A stretch of 32,000 nt of DNA from an uncultured Fibrobacterota bacterium (lineage in GTDB: Bacteria > Fibrobacterota > Fibrobacteria > Fibrobacterales > Fibrobacteraceae), in NCBI GenBank assembly GCA_903876665.1, contig CAIRAY010000100.1:22228-54227 (forward strand), given 5' to 3'. A program made the position numbers and the translations under genes. Below the pieces are notes generated by a model that was not told the DNA's origin, ran no database searches, and saw only the letters and a program-made list of their open reading frames with translations. The first letter of the stretch is position 1. Each line of letters starts with the position of its first letter. This document shows positions 9,676 through 18,560 of this stretch, in pieces.

Positions 9676-9676
9676 G

Positions 9677-10807
9677 TTAGAAGCAAACGCCCGTTTCCAA
9701 AATCAGCTTGTAGTCGAGATAAATGCCATTATCGCTCCCGTATTCCAAAACTCCCAGGGAGTTCTTGGGTATATAGGAATTGGCGATATCCCAGGTGTTC
9801 CATCCATCGTTATACCAAGTGGAACTAAACGAGACCAGATGAATTCCTCCTTGGACTCCTCCTGACAGGAGAATCCATTTCCATTGATTTGGAAATCGAT
9901 ATTGCCAACGGAGATTTCCAATGGCCAGACCAATATCGTATGCGCTTTCGCTTGTTGCTGTCCAAGTAACTTTGGTTACGTTGGCCTCTAATCCACCCAC
10001 AAGTCCACTGTGCTTTGACATACCCCAACCCGTAGCAATGCCGACCATCCAAGGATGAAAAACTGTGTTCCCAAATCGTGTTGCGATGCCTTTCTCTCCC
10101 CAGCTGCCTCGGATTGCAAAATACGAACCACCGGTGGAGGTCAGGTCGATTTGGTTACGAATAGTTGCCATTTGACTTTCTGTGTATTCGGGTACCCCAC
10201 CACCGATGAAGTAAATCGCCGCCTCGTTATGAAGGGGATTTGCCGTAAAGGCGTAGTCTACAGACGGATATTTTGCTGCATGTTCTTGATATTCGCTCCA
10301 GGCATTTGCGTTTTGTTGCTGCTCTTGCTGTTTTTCTTCATCAATTCTGCGTTGCTTTTTTTGCTGGGCCAGCAATGCTTGCTGATCCTTTAGTCTTTGT
10401 TGTTCCTCAATGCGACGGTTTTCGGCTTCAAAGGCTAGGCGGGATTCTTCTTGTTTTCGTTGCTGGGCAATGACTTCCATTTTGGCTTTGAGAATCATGC
10501 GCTCAAACTTCTGGCGGAAGCCCCCGGGGGGCAGAACCGACATGGCAAAGTACCCAGTATTGTAACAGTCCAAGTAGTTTTGGTTGTAAAAATGGACCAT
10601 GGCAATGTACACAGAAACACCCATGGCTTCTCGGGTCGTTGTATCCCCCAAAGTGTTGCGTGAGGACAGAAAATAGCCCAATGCTTCCTTACTGTTTCCG
10701 TTTTCCAATGCAACCTTGCCCATAAGAAATTGTTCTCTTGCCTCTCCATTCGTGGTATTTGCAAAAAGCGGTATGGCAAGCAGGATCAGCAAAATGGAAA
10801 GATTCAT
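9677..10807 (-). CDS. Hypothetical exported protein: signal peptide, helical N-domain, Q/E/K/R-rich coiled coil, C-terminal beta-barrel-like domain ending in Phe
   Basis: Signal peptide MNLSILLILLAIPLFA|N. Residues ~100-170 are charged/Gln-rich (QQRKQEESRLAFEAENRRIEEQQRLKDQQALLAQQKKQRRIDEEKQQEQQQ). The C-terminal ~190 aa are rich in G, W, Y and alternating hydrophobics, ending ...LILETGVCF. ATG 10807 shares one nt with the upstream TGA, with GGGAGA upstream. Confidence 0.6.
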   Translation of the reverse strand: MNLSILLILLAIPLFANTTNGEAREQFLMGKVALENGNSKEALGYFLSSRNTLGDTTTREAMGVSVYIAMVHFYNQNYLDCYNTGYFAMSVLPPGGFRQKFERMILKAKMEVIAQQRKQEESRLAFEAENRRIEEQQRLKDQQALLAQQKKQRRIDEEKQQEQQQNANAWSEYQEHAAKYPSVDYAFTANPLHNEAAIYFIGGGVPEYTESQMATIRNQIDLTSTGGSYFAIRGSWGEKGIATRFGNTVFHPWMVGIATGWGMSKHSGLVGGLEANVTKVTWTATSESAYDIGLAIGNLRWQYRFPNQWKWILLSGGVQGGIHLVSFSSTWYNDGWNTWDIANSYIPKNSLGVLEYGSDNGIYLDYKLILETGVCF

Positions 10808-11244
10808 CAACGGTCTCCCAGGTCAGGCATGGTGGCTGGGAAAGGAGAATTGGGGTCAAAGGGGTCATAGCTCAGTTCGGCAATTGCCCTCAGTTTACTG
10901 GATTCTATGGCCTTTTGCTGTGCGACTTGCTGAGCCATCTGTTGTTCACGCATGGCACGTAATTCCTCGCGCATGGCGCGGAGTTCTGCCTGGATATTCG
11001 CGTCGTTTGGATTTTGGATGTAAACGGTTTGAGGTTGGGTATTTTGAATTTGCTGGATCGCTTGTGGATCCCCTTGTTGGGCTCCTCCGCCGAGGACTTG
11101 ATTCACCAGCTCCTTTCCTGCAGATCGTCCGGCTTCTTTTGCGGCATCTTTTACAGCGTCCTTCGCGAGATCGCCTAGGAAGTCCCATTGGGCATTCGCA
11201 GAAGCGACCCAAAAAAGGCCTAGTAATACAAGTATATTCCGCAT
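10807..11244 (-). CDS. Hypothetical secreted Gln-rich heptad-repeat protein
   Basis: Signal peptide MRNILVLLGLFWVASANA|Q (AxA site). GGAGG lies 7 nt upstream of the ATG. Contains the tandem heptad ELRAMRE-ELRAMRE and is translationally coupled to the downstream gene. Confidence 0.6.
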   Translation of the reverse strand: MRNILVLLGLFWVASANAQWDFLGDLAKDAVKDAAKEAGRSAGKELVNQVLGGGAQQGDPQAIQQIQNTQPQTVYIQNPNDANIQAELRAMREELRAMREQQMAQQVAQQKAIESSKLRAIAELSYDPFDPNSPFPATMPDLGDR

Positions 11245-11305
11245 AATTTTGCCTCCGAGACTCTACCTTGAATATAAATTAACCGTCCCAACCCTCATAT
11301 AAATA

Positions 11306-11335
11306 TTGGCTACGGATGGTAAAATCCATAGCCAA
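11306..11335 (-). terminator. Candidate intrinsic terminator downstream of htpG
   Basis: On the minus-strand RNA: UUGGCUAUGGAU-UUUACC-AUCCGUAGCCAA, a 12-bp stem (one G-U) with a 6-nt loop, 24 nt after the htpG stop. It is followed by the A/U-rich UAUUUAUAU, not a clean U-tract. Confidence 0.45.
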
Positions 11336-11359
11336 CATTCGCTATTTAGCTTATTGAGA

Positions 11360-13216
11360 TTAGCTCAGCAACTTGGTCACCGCGGCCACATAGGCGCCGG
11401 GGTTGGAAAGGGGGGAGCCTTCTGCCAATAGGGATTGCCCAAAGAGGACCGTGGGCCATTCACCCAGAGATTCGCCTGCGTCCGCCTTCTTCTGCAGATT
11501 CTTGCAGATGGGGTGGTCCGCGTTGATTTCAAGGATGCGCTTGCTCTTGGGTGCGCCTGCATTGCCCATTTGCGCCATGATGCGTTCCATTTGGGAGCTC
11601 ATGGCGTCTTCCTTGCGGGTGAGGCAGCATGGGCTATCCTTGAGGCGGGAGCTAACCTTGACGGAATCGAGCTCGGGTAGAGCTGCGGCCAGGGCCTTGC
11701 AGAGACCAGCATAGTCCTTGGTTGCCTGGTCTTCGGCTTTCATTTCGTCTTCGGTCTTTTCCAGTTCCACATCGCCACGGGTGATGTCCTTGAAGGTCTT
11801 GCCATCAAAATCCTGGAGACCATTCATCATGAATTCATCCACGGGATCGTTCATGAACAGCACTTCGAAGCCCTTGGCCTTGAAGGCTTCCAGGTGCGGG
11901 CTAGTCTGGATGGCGGAGAGGTTTTCGCCAGTGATGTAGTAAATGTCCTTCTGGTTTTCCTTCATGCGGCCCACATAGTCCTTGAGACTGGTGAGCTGGT
12001 CTGTGCCCACGAAGGTCGAATTGAAGCGCAACAGGCTTTTGAGCTCCACCAGCCATTCCCAGTTCATGTAGAAGCCTTCCTTGAGGACAAGGCCCAGCTC
12101 TTTCCAGAATTTGGCGTATTCTTCGGGCTTGTTGTCGGCCAGGTTCTGCAAGGTTTCCAGGGTCTTCTTGACCAAGTGCTTCTTGATGTTGGCAATGACC
12201 TTGTTGTTCTGCAATAGCTCGCGCGAGACATTCAGGGGCAGGTCTTCGCTATCGACCACGCCACGCACAAAACGCAACCAGGTGGGCAGCAGTTCTTTGC
12301 TGTCATCCATGATGAACACGCGCTTCACATAGAGCTTGAGTCCATGGGTGCGCTCGGCGGAGAAAAGATTGAAGGGCGCTTTAGAGGGGATGTAGACCAG
12401 GGACCAGAATTCCTGGGTGCCTTCGGTATGGGTGTGGGACCATGCGATAGGATCGCTCTGATGTTCCGAGGCGATCTGGCGGTAGAATTCATGATGCTGC
12501 TCATCCGTAACTTCTTTTGCGGACCGACGCCAGAGGGCGGTTTTGTCGTTTAAGCGCTCGGGCTCTTTTGCACCCTGTAGCCAAATGGGATGGGTGATGA
12601 ATTCGGAATATTTCTGCACGATGGAGCGCAACTTCCATTCGCTTGCATACTCTTTGCAGTCATCCTCATCCTTGAGGTAAATGGTGATCTGGGTGCCACG
12701 GGTGGCTTTTTCGGAGGAGGCGAGTTCGTAGTCGCCGGTGCCTTCGGAGGTCCACAGCCAGGCTTCTTCAGAGCCGGCCTTGCGGGTGAGGACTTCCACT
12801 TTGTGTGCAACCATAAAAACGGAGTAGAATCCAACCCCAAATTGTCCGATTAGATTGACATCGTTCTTGGCGCCGGCGCCCAAATTCTTCATGAAGGCTT
12901 TGGTTCCCGAGCGGGCGATGGTTCCCAGGTTGTCCATTAGTTCCTGGTGGGTCATTCCCACGCCAGAGTCTTCGATGACGATGGTTTTGGTCTCTTCGCT
13001 TACTTTGATGTCAATGCGGAGTTCTGGATTCTCAGAAATAAGTTCGGGTTTGCTGATCGCTTCAAAGCGCACCTTGTCGAGGGCATCGGCGGCATTGGAA
13101 ACCAGCTCGCGCAAAAAGATCTCTTTGTGCGAGTAAAGGGAATGAATCATGAGCTGCAGAAGTTCGCGCACTTCTGTTTGAAATTCATGCTTTTCGGGTG
13201 TCTTTTCAGTGGCCAT
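11360..13216 (-). CDS. htpG: Molecular chaperone HtpG (Hsp90 family)
   Basis: Bergerat ATPase motifs HSLYSHKEIFLRELVSNAADALDK and IGQFGVGFYS, with full-length similarity to HtpG. I place the start at ATG 13216 (MATEKTPEKHEFQ...) because AAGGAG lies 6 nt upstream. The track's start at 13267 adds 17 aa with no RBS. Confidence 0.95.
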   Translation of the reverse strand: MATEKTPEKHEFQTEVRELLQLMIHSLYSHKEIFLRELVSNAADALDKVRFEAISKPELISENPELRIDIKVSEETKTIVIEDSGVGMTHQELMDNLGTIARSGTKAFMKNLGAGAKNDVNLIGQFGVGFYSVFMVAHKVEVLTRKAGSEEAWLWTSEGTGDYELASSEKATRGTQITIYLKDEDDCKEYASEWKLRSIVQKYSEFITHPIWLQGAKEPERLNDKTALWRRSAKEVTDEQHHEFYRQIASEHQSDPIAWSHTHTEGTQEFWSLVYIPSKAPFNLFSAERTHGLKLYVKRVFIMDDSKELLPTWLRFVRGVVDSEDLPLNVSRELLQNNKVIANIKKHLVKKTLETLQNLADNKPEEYAKFWKELGLVLKEGFYMNWEWLVELKSLLRFNSTFVGTDQLTSLKDYVGRMKENQKDIYYITGENLSAIQTSPHLEAFKAKGFEVLFMNDPVDEFMMNGLQDFDGKTFKDITRGDVELEKTEDEMKAEDQATKDYAGLCKALAAALPELDSVKVSSRLKDSPCCLTRKEDAMSSQMERIMAQMGNAGAPKSKRILEINADHPICKNLQKKADAGESLGEWPTVLFGQSLLAEGSPLSNPGAYVAAVTKLLS

Positions 13217-13239
13217 GGTATACTCCTTCGAGAGTGAAA

Positions 13240-13281
13240 AATCTAGGGAAGAAGTATAGTCATGCAAGGCGTTTTGGGCAA
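13240..13281 (-). promoter_or_regulatory. Candidate htpG promoter(s)
   Basis: Two overlapping sigma70-like candidates on the minus strand: TTGCCC-N17-TATACT (13281-13253) and TTGCAT-N16-TAGATT (13267-13240). The second can also be read as a sigma32-like CTTGCAT-N13-CCCTAGAT (consensus CTTGAAA / CCCCATNT). Pattern match only. Confidence 0.3.
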
Positions 13282-13312
13282 CCTGGACATGCGATTACTC
13301 GATCAATTTTCC

Positions 13313-14758
13313 TTAGGGGCCGTATTGTAGGACGGCTGCAATGTTGTTCCCAAGCCAGGGCGCGATGCCAGCGCCAAGCACCAGAAGGGTCAACAAGGTA
13401 ATGGAAGCGCCTTCGGTAAAGGAAAGTCGGAGGTTTTTATTGGCTTCTTCCTGGGCTTCTTCACCGGTGTCCACCCAACCCGCTTTCAGCACCTGCAGGT
13501 AGCAATAGAGGCCGATCACGGTATTGACGCCAACAAAGATCAGGAATGCGAAATGGCCCGCTTTGGCGGCGGAGCCAAACAGCATGAATTTACCCACAAA
13601 GCCTGCGACAGGCGGGATTCCGGCCAAGGAAAAGAGGCCAATGGCCAGTGCGGCGCCGAGCCAGGGCTTTTGGCGGGAAAGGCCGGTCAAGCTGGCAAAT
13701 GTCTGTTCGCGCCGGTCGCTGACCAGGGACGCGATGAAAAACACCAGGTAATTGGAGAAGGCATAGGTGAAGAGGTAGAACACCACGGAAGACCTTGCCG
13801 ACATGGCTGGACCTGTTAGAGCCGCCAGAATGTAGCCAGCCTGGGCGATGGAGGACCAGGCCATAAAACGGCGCAGACGGGTTTGTTTCATGGCTCCCAA
13901 ATTGCCCACGGTCATGGTGGCGGCAGAAAGGAGAATCAGCAAGGGCTGCAATTGGACCTGGATGGCGGCCAGAGGGCCATAAACCATGATGATCAAGAAG
14001 GAAATGGCCGTGGCTTTGGATGAAACGGAAAGAAAGGCCGTGATGGGTGTGGAGGCGCCATCATAAACGTCAGGAGCCCAGCTGTGGAAAGGAAACAGCG
14101 TAAGTTTGAAGCCGATGCCCGCAGTCAAAAAGAGCACTGCAATCCAAAGAAGAGGGGAAGTAGGAGAAGAAGCAACAGCCTCTCCAATGTTGGCAAAACG
14201 CAAGCTTCCGGCAAATCCATATAGATAGGACATGCCAAACAACATGGTTGCCGTGCTGGTGGAACCCAACAGAACGAACTTTGTTGCTGCCTCGGATGCC
14301 TTGGCGTTTTCTTTGTTCCAGGCAACCAGGAAGTATAGAGGAATGGTGGCGAGTTCAAGTCCGACAAAAAGAGTCAACAAGTCTTTGGAAGAAACCACCG
14401 TAATGGCGCCAAAGGTCACAAAAATCAAGGCAGCCAAAAACTCCGGCTTGTAGCGCATGGGGCCAAAGCCCTCTTCTCCCCGCACAAAGTTGCTACGGGC
14501 AAGTAAGGTGGTGACCAAGGCACTTAAAATAAAGAATTCCCGCATTAGCAGGCCGAAATTGCTCAGGTTCCAATTGCCGCCAAACCAAGCACGATCCCAA
14601 CCGGCGGGGATTAAATTAAGAACCACCAGCACTGCAATCAAGCCCATCCAGGCGACGTTCCAAACCAAGGAGGCCTTAACCCGGGCCAAGTCTAGAGCAA
14701 GGATCATAACCCCCAGACCGAGTAAAAGGATATCGGGAAGCAATAAAGGAATGCTCAA
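13313..14758 (-). CDS. nuoN: NADH-quinone oxidoreductase (NDH-1) subunit N
   Basis: Polytopic antiporter-like subunit with the NuoN signature LFVGLELATIPLYFLVAW...SEAATKFVLLGS. I place the start at TTG 14758 (MSIPLLLPDI...) in a TTGA overlap with the nuoM stop, with GAGAGG 6 nt upstream. The track's ATG at 14854 would overlap nuoM by 100 nt. Confidence 0.9.
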   Translation of the reverse strand: MSIPLLLPDILLLGLGVMILALDLARVKASLVWNVAWMGLIAVLVVLNLIPAGWDRAWFGGNWNLSNFGLLMREFFILSALVTTLLARSNFVRGEEGFGPMRYKPEFLAALIFVTFGAITVVSSKDLLTLFVGLELATIPLYFLVAWNKENAKASEAATKFVLLGSTSTATMLFGMSYLYGFAGSLRFANIGEAVASSPTSPLLWIAVLFLTAGIGFKLTLFPFHSWAPDVYDGASTPITAFLSVSSKATAISFLIIMVYGPLAAIQVQLQPLLILLSAATMTVGNLGAMKQTRLRRFMAWSSIAQAGYILAALTGPAMSARSSVVFYLFTYAFSNYLVFFIASLVSDRREQTFASLTGLSRQKPWLGAALAIGLFSLAGIPPVAGFVGKFMLFGSAAKAGHFAFLIFVGVNTVIGLYCYLQVLKAGWVDTGEEAQEEANKNLRLSFTEGASITLLTLLVLGAGIAPWLGNNIAAVLQYGP

Positions 14759-16278
14759 GGGGTACCTCTCAACACGTTTACAGAGATTGGGGTTAGGCTG
14801 GTGTCGAGCATGGAGGAGATCCAGCCGGGAAAGAGTCCCATGCCCAAAAGGCAACCCACCAGCAGGACCACCGTGATTTTTTCGGGAAGGGTGGATGCAG
14901 GCAGGTGTTCAAAATGTGGATTGGTGATGGGACCGTGCAACATGGTATTCGCGGCACGTAGCACATAAACAGCCGTGGTCGTCACGCCCAAAATGGCAAG
15001 CACAGTGACCAGGCGCATCAAAGTAGATTCATTCTGGAATGAACCGATAAAGATGGTTGCTTCGGCGACGAAACCCGAAAGGCCAGGTAGACCAAGGCCC
15101 GCGAAACCAGCGATCACAAAGCCCACTCCCAGAAATGGAACTGTCTTCATGATTCCGCCCATTTCGTCGATCATGCGGGTGTGGGTGCGACTGTAGATCA
15201 TGCCAATGGTGGAAAAGAAAAGGGCAGTCAAGAATCCGTGAGAAATCATTTGCAAGGCTGCGCCTTTGATGCCAATGTAAGTCATGGCGCAGAGACCCAG
15301 AACGATCAAACCTAAATGCCCGATGGAGCTGTAAGCGGTGATGTACTTGAGATCACGATGGCGAATGGCGATGAAGGCTGCAAAGACCACATTGAAGGCT
15401 ACCAGAATGACGATCCAGGGCATCCAGAAGCGCGCTCCTTCGGGCATCAGGTACATGGCAACGCGTAAGCAACCGTAGGTTCCCATCTTCATCATCACGC
15501 CGGCGGCGAGCATGGAAACCGCGGTTGGAGCGGAGGAGTGACCATCTGGGGACCAGTTGTGGAAGGGGAAGAGAGAAGAGGATACTGCGAACCCCAGGAA
15601 CATCACCGGGAATGCCCACATCTGGAAGTCCATGGGGAATTTGATGTCGGCGAGTACGCGAATATCGAAAGATTCTGTTCCGGATACGAAATACAGACCC
15701 AGAATGGTAACGAGAATCATGGCCGAACCGAGCATCAGGTACAGGGTAAGCTTCTTACCACCGTAGTCCTTGCGACCCGAACCCCAATTGGCGATCATGA
15801 GGTACATGGCCAAGGCTTCCAATTCATAAAAGACAAAGAAGGTCACTAAATCAAAAGCCATGAACACGCCAAACACGCCAGCGGAGAGGATTTGTGCCAG
15901 GGCAAAAAATTCCTTGTCCTGCTTGTCGATGTTCCATGTCGCCAAAATCCCAGTAAATACCACAACCGAAGTGAGAAGGATCATCAAAATGGAGAGCGCG
16001 TCGACGCCGGTGATGAACCGCACATTCAGCATCTGCATCCAGGGAAGGTCGGTCACGAAGTTGAGCAAAGGCTTGTTACCTGCAGGGATTCCCGCTGCCG
16101 CCGAGATCGCAAAAACCTTCCAGGTCAGAAACCCTGCAATCAAAACATTGACCAAGGCCGAGCCGGCATGGATCATCTTGATCAGGAATGAATTGGATCT
16201 GGAAACCGGGATGACCATAAGAACGGTCAGGATCGGTAAAATCCAGGTTGCATTGAGAAGAATTGCTTCAATTGTCAT
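14755..16278 (-). CDS. nuoM: NDH-1 subunit M
   Basis: 507-aa antiporter-like subunit with the NuoM signature FFVFYELEALAMYLMIANWGS. Confidence 0.92.
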   Translation of the reverse strand: MTIEAILLNATWILPILTVLMVIPVSRSNSFLIKMIHAGSALVNVLIAGFLTWKVFAISAAAGIPAGNKPLLNFVTDLPWMQMLNVRFITGVDALSILMILLTSVVVFTGILATWNIDKQDKEFFALAQILSAGVFGVFMAFDLVTFFVFYELEALAMYLMIANWGSGRKDYGGKKLTLYLMLGSAMILVTILGLYFVSGTESFDIRVLADIKFPMDFQMWAFPVMFLGFAVSSSLFPFHNWSPDGHSSAPTAVSMLAAGVMMKMGTYGCLRVAMYLMPEGARFWMPWIVILVAFNVVFAAFIAIRHRDLKYITAYSSIGHLGLIVLGLCAMTYIGIKGAALQMISHGFLTALFFSTIGMIYSRTHTRMIDEMGGIMKTVPFLGVGFVIAGFAGLGLPGLSGFVAEATIFIGSFQNESTLMRLVTVLAILGVTTTAVYVLRAANTMLHGPITNPHFEHLPASTLPEKITVVLLVGCLLGMGLFPGWISSMLDTSLTPISVNVLRGTP

Positions 16279-16285
16279 GATTCAC

Positions 16286-18262
16286 TCAGAGGGGGAGGTG
16301 TCCGAGATAACGGATAAACAAAATGCCAAAAAGTGTCAGGCCGATGTACAGAGGAAGAGCGCCACTCTGGAGAGCGCGGGTCGCCCGACCGCCCAGCTGG
16401 GTAAAGGTCGCACTCAAGTCCACGCAGGTGTCGACGAGGTGGTCAAATACTTTCATGGCTTCTGCCGCAAATCCAATAATCAATTTGCGGGTGATCCACA
16501 GATATACTTCGTCGAAATAGAATTTGTTCATCACTACGCGGTACCAAGCTGGACGACCTTCCGTATTCAGCGCCTTGGCTATATGTGCTTTTGATTGTCC
16601 ATAAAGGAACCAGGCGATGCCTACGCCCAAAACGCCCATGAAGGTTGCGGCATAAGGAATCCAGGTGGCATGGGCAAATTCGCCAGCAGGCACGACCATG
16701 TTGGGCTTGAAGATTCGTTCGAAAATCCCTTTGGAGAAGAATCCGGCAAACACGGTAGGAATGGTGAGCAGTACAATGGGCACGGTCATCCAAGGGTCTT
16801 CGTGGATCTCGTGGTGTTGCTGAGGATGCTTGTCATGACCATGGAAGTCATGATGGGCATGGGCGCGAGATTTTCCAAAGAAGGCCAGGAAGAACATGCG
16901 GAACATGTAGAATGCGGTGAGGCCACCGGTGACCAGACCCACTCCAAAGACTACATAGCTTTGGCTCTGCCAGGCAGCCACCAAAATTTCGTCTTTGGAC
17001 CAGAAGCCGGAGAGTGGAGGAATGCCCGCGATGGCAATGGTGGCCAAAAGCATGGAGGCAAAGGTGAAGGGCATCTTTTTGCGCAGGCCACCCATCTGGT
17101 CCAGATCATTGGAATGGACCGCATGAATCAACGCGCCCGCACCCAGAAACAGCATGCATTTGAAAAAGGCGTGGGAGAACACATGGAACATGGAAGCGGA
17201 ATAGCCGAGCTCGTTAACCACTCCGGGTCCAATATAGGAGGTGCCCAGGGAGAACATCATGTAACCCAGCTGGGACAGCGTGGAGAACGCCAGAATGCGC
17301 TTGATGTCTTTTTGGGTGCAGGCGATGATGGCTGCGAAAATGGCGGTGAGGGCTCCCACAAATTCAACCACCTGAAGCGTGTCGGCGGCAGAAGCAAAGA
17401 GTGGAAACATGCGGGCGGTCAGGTAGACACCGGCAACGACCATGGTAGCGGAATGGATGATGGAAGAGACTGGAGTTGGGCCTTCCATGGCATCTGGAAG
17501 CCAAACATGCAATGGGAACATGGCGGACTTTCCCCAACCACCGGCGAACACGAACAAGGTGCCAATGGTAAGCGCGCTCGCGGAGAACAAGCCCAGGTTG
17601 ACGGGTGTAGCAAGCTTCGCTGCAGTCTCCAGGGTATTGAGAACCGAGAATTCAAAGGACCCCGTGTAGTAAGAAATCAGCACGATGCCGAGCAGAAAGA
17701 AGGAATCGGCAAACCGGGTAATGATGAAGGCTTTTTTGGATGCAGCCACGGCGCTGGGCTTATGGTACCAGAATCCAATGAGCAGGTAGCTGGAGACACC
17801 GACCAGCTCCCAGAAAATGAACATTTGGAACAGGTTGCCGGCTGAAACAAGCCCGAGCATGGAGAATGCAAAAAGCGAGAGCTCGGCAAAGAAACGGGGG
17901 AAGCCCGAATCGCCCCGCAGATAACCCACGGAATAAATATTGACCAAAAGAGCGATCACAGTAATGACCACGAGCATCATGACACTGATGGGATCCAAGT
18001 AGATGGAAAGACCGATGGAAAAATTATCAGCGAGAGGAAGCCAATTTATGGCCCAGGGTACAATCGCTTTGCTGGCACCACCCTCTGGAAGAGCCGAAAC
18101 GACCGACCACCAGTCAAAGGCCACCATCAGGGCCGAAGCTAGCGAGAGGGCTGCCATAGCGATGGAGAAACCTGCAGCGGCCTTGGGCTTCTTGTTAAGG
18201 AATATTCCACCCACAACAAAAGAAAGCAGGGGAAACAGAAGAATCAGATAAGCCTTATCCAT
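16286..18262 (-). CDS. nuoL: NDH-1 subunit L
   Basis: 658 aa with the NuoL signature FIFWELVGVSSYLLIGFWYHKPSAVAASKKAFIITRFADSFFLLG and a long C-terminal extension typical of the lateral helix. Overlaps the nuoK stop by 8 nt. Confidence 0.93.
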   Translation of the reverse strand: MDKAYLILLFPLLSFVVGGIFLNKKPKAAAGFSIAMAALSLASALMVAFDWWSVVSALPEGGASKAIVPWAINWLPLADNFSIGLSIYLDPISVMMLVVITVIALLVNIYSVGYLRGDSGFPRFFAELSLFAFSMLGLVSAGNLFQMFIFWELVGVSSYLLIGFWYHKPSAVAASKKAFIITRFADSFFLLGIVLISYYTGSFEFSVLNTLETAAKLATPVNLGLFSASALTIGTLFVFAGGWGKSAMFPLHVWLPDAMEGPTPVSSIIHSATMVVAGVYLTARMFPLFASAADTLQVVEFVGALTAIFAAIIACTQKDIKRILAFSTLSQLGYMMFSLGTSYIGPGVVNELGYSASMFHVFSHAFFKCMLFLGAGALIHAVHSNDLDQMGGLRKKMPFTFASMLLATIAIAGIPPLSGFWSKDEILVAAWQSQSYVVFGVGLVTGGLTAFYMFRMFFLAFFGKSRAHAHHDFHGHDKHPQQHHEIHEDPWMTVPIVLLTIPTVFAGFFSKGIFERIFKPNMVVPAGEFAHATWIPYAATFMGVLGVGIAWFLYGQSKAHIAKALNTEGRPAWYRVVMNKFYFDEVYLWITRKLIIGFAAEAMKVFDHLVDTCVDLSATFTQLGGRATRALQSGALPLYIGLTLFGILFIRYLGHLPL

Positions 18263-18560
18263 GGAGTTCCCTCAGCTTGTCAATGTCAAGGTTCTTGTGG
18301 CGGCGGAACATGGAAACGACGATTGCCAAGGCAACGGCCATTTCGCAGGCAGCGATGGCAATCACAAATGCGGAAAAGATGGGGCCGGAGGTTGAGTCTG
18401 TGGCATGGAAGTGGGCGAAGGCCACAAAGTTGATATTGGCGGCATTCAGCATAAGTTCAATGGAAATCAAAATGCCCACGATATTTTTGCGAGTCATGGC
18501 GCCGTATGCTCCGATGACGAATAGGCCAAAAGCCAGTGCGAGGCAATACCCGAGAGTCAT
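18255..18560 (-). CDS. nuoK: NDH-1 subunit K
   Basis: 101 aa with three TM helices and the conserved membrane Glu (ISIELMLNAANINF; AACEMAVALAIV). ATGA overlap with nuoJ. Confidence 0.9.
   Translation of the reverse strand: MTLGYCLALAFGLFVIGAYGAMTRKNIVGILISIELMLNAANINFVAFAHFHATDSTSGPIFSAFVIAIAACEMAVALAIVVSMFRRHKNLDIDKLRELHG

Noticed and set aside
14759-14854. A 32-aa N-terminal extension of nuoN in the ORF track (start at 14854).
   Set aside because: It would overlap nuoM by 100 nt, and the extension (MPFGHGTLSRLDLLHARHQPNPNLCKRVERYP) is not NuoN-like. A TTG at 14758 with GAGAGG upstream, in a TTGA overlap with the nuoM stop, gives a typical 481-aa NuoN.
16795-16880. A His-rich stretch in NuoL (AHAHHDFHGHDKHPQQHHEIHEDP), considered as a possible metal-binding insertion.
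   Set aside because: As I recall, His-rich segments ending in HE(S/D)P at this position, just before the C-terminal part of NuoL, are common in NuoL/Nqo12 homologs. It is not distinctive.
16595-17845. A 416-aa plus-strand ORF inside nuoL. Similar shadow ORFs occur at 15860-16594, 5420-6415 (inside parE) and 886-1617 (inside metH).
   Set aside because: These are shadow ORFs opposite strongly supported conserved genes. Their composition is Gly/His/Glu-rich with no domain-like features.
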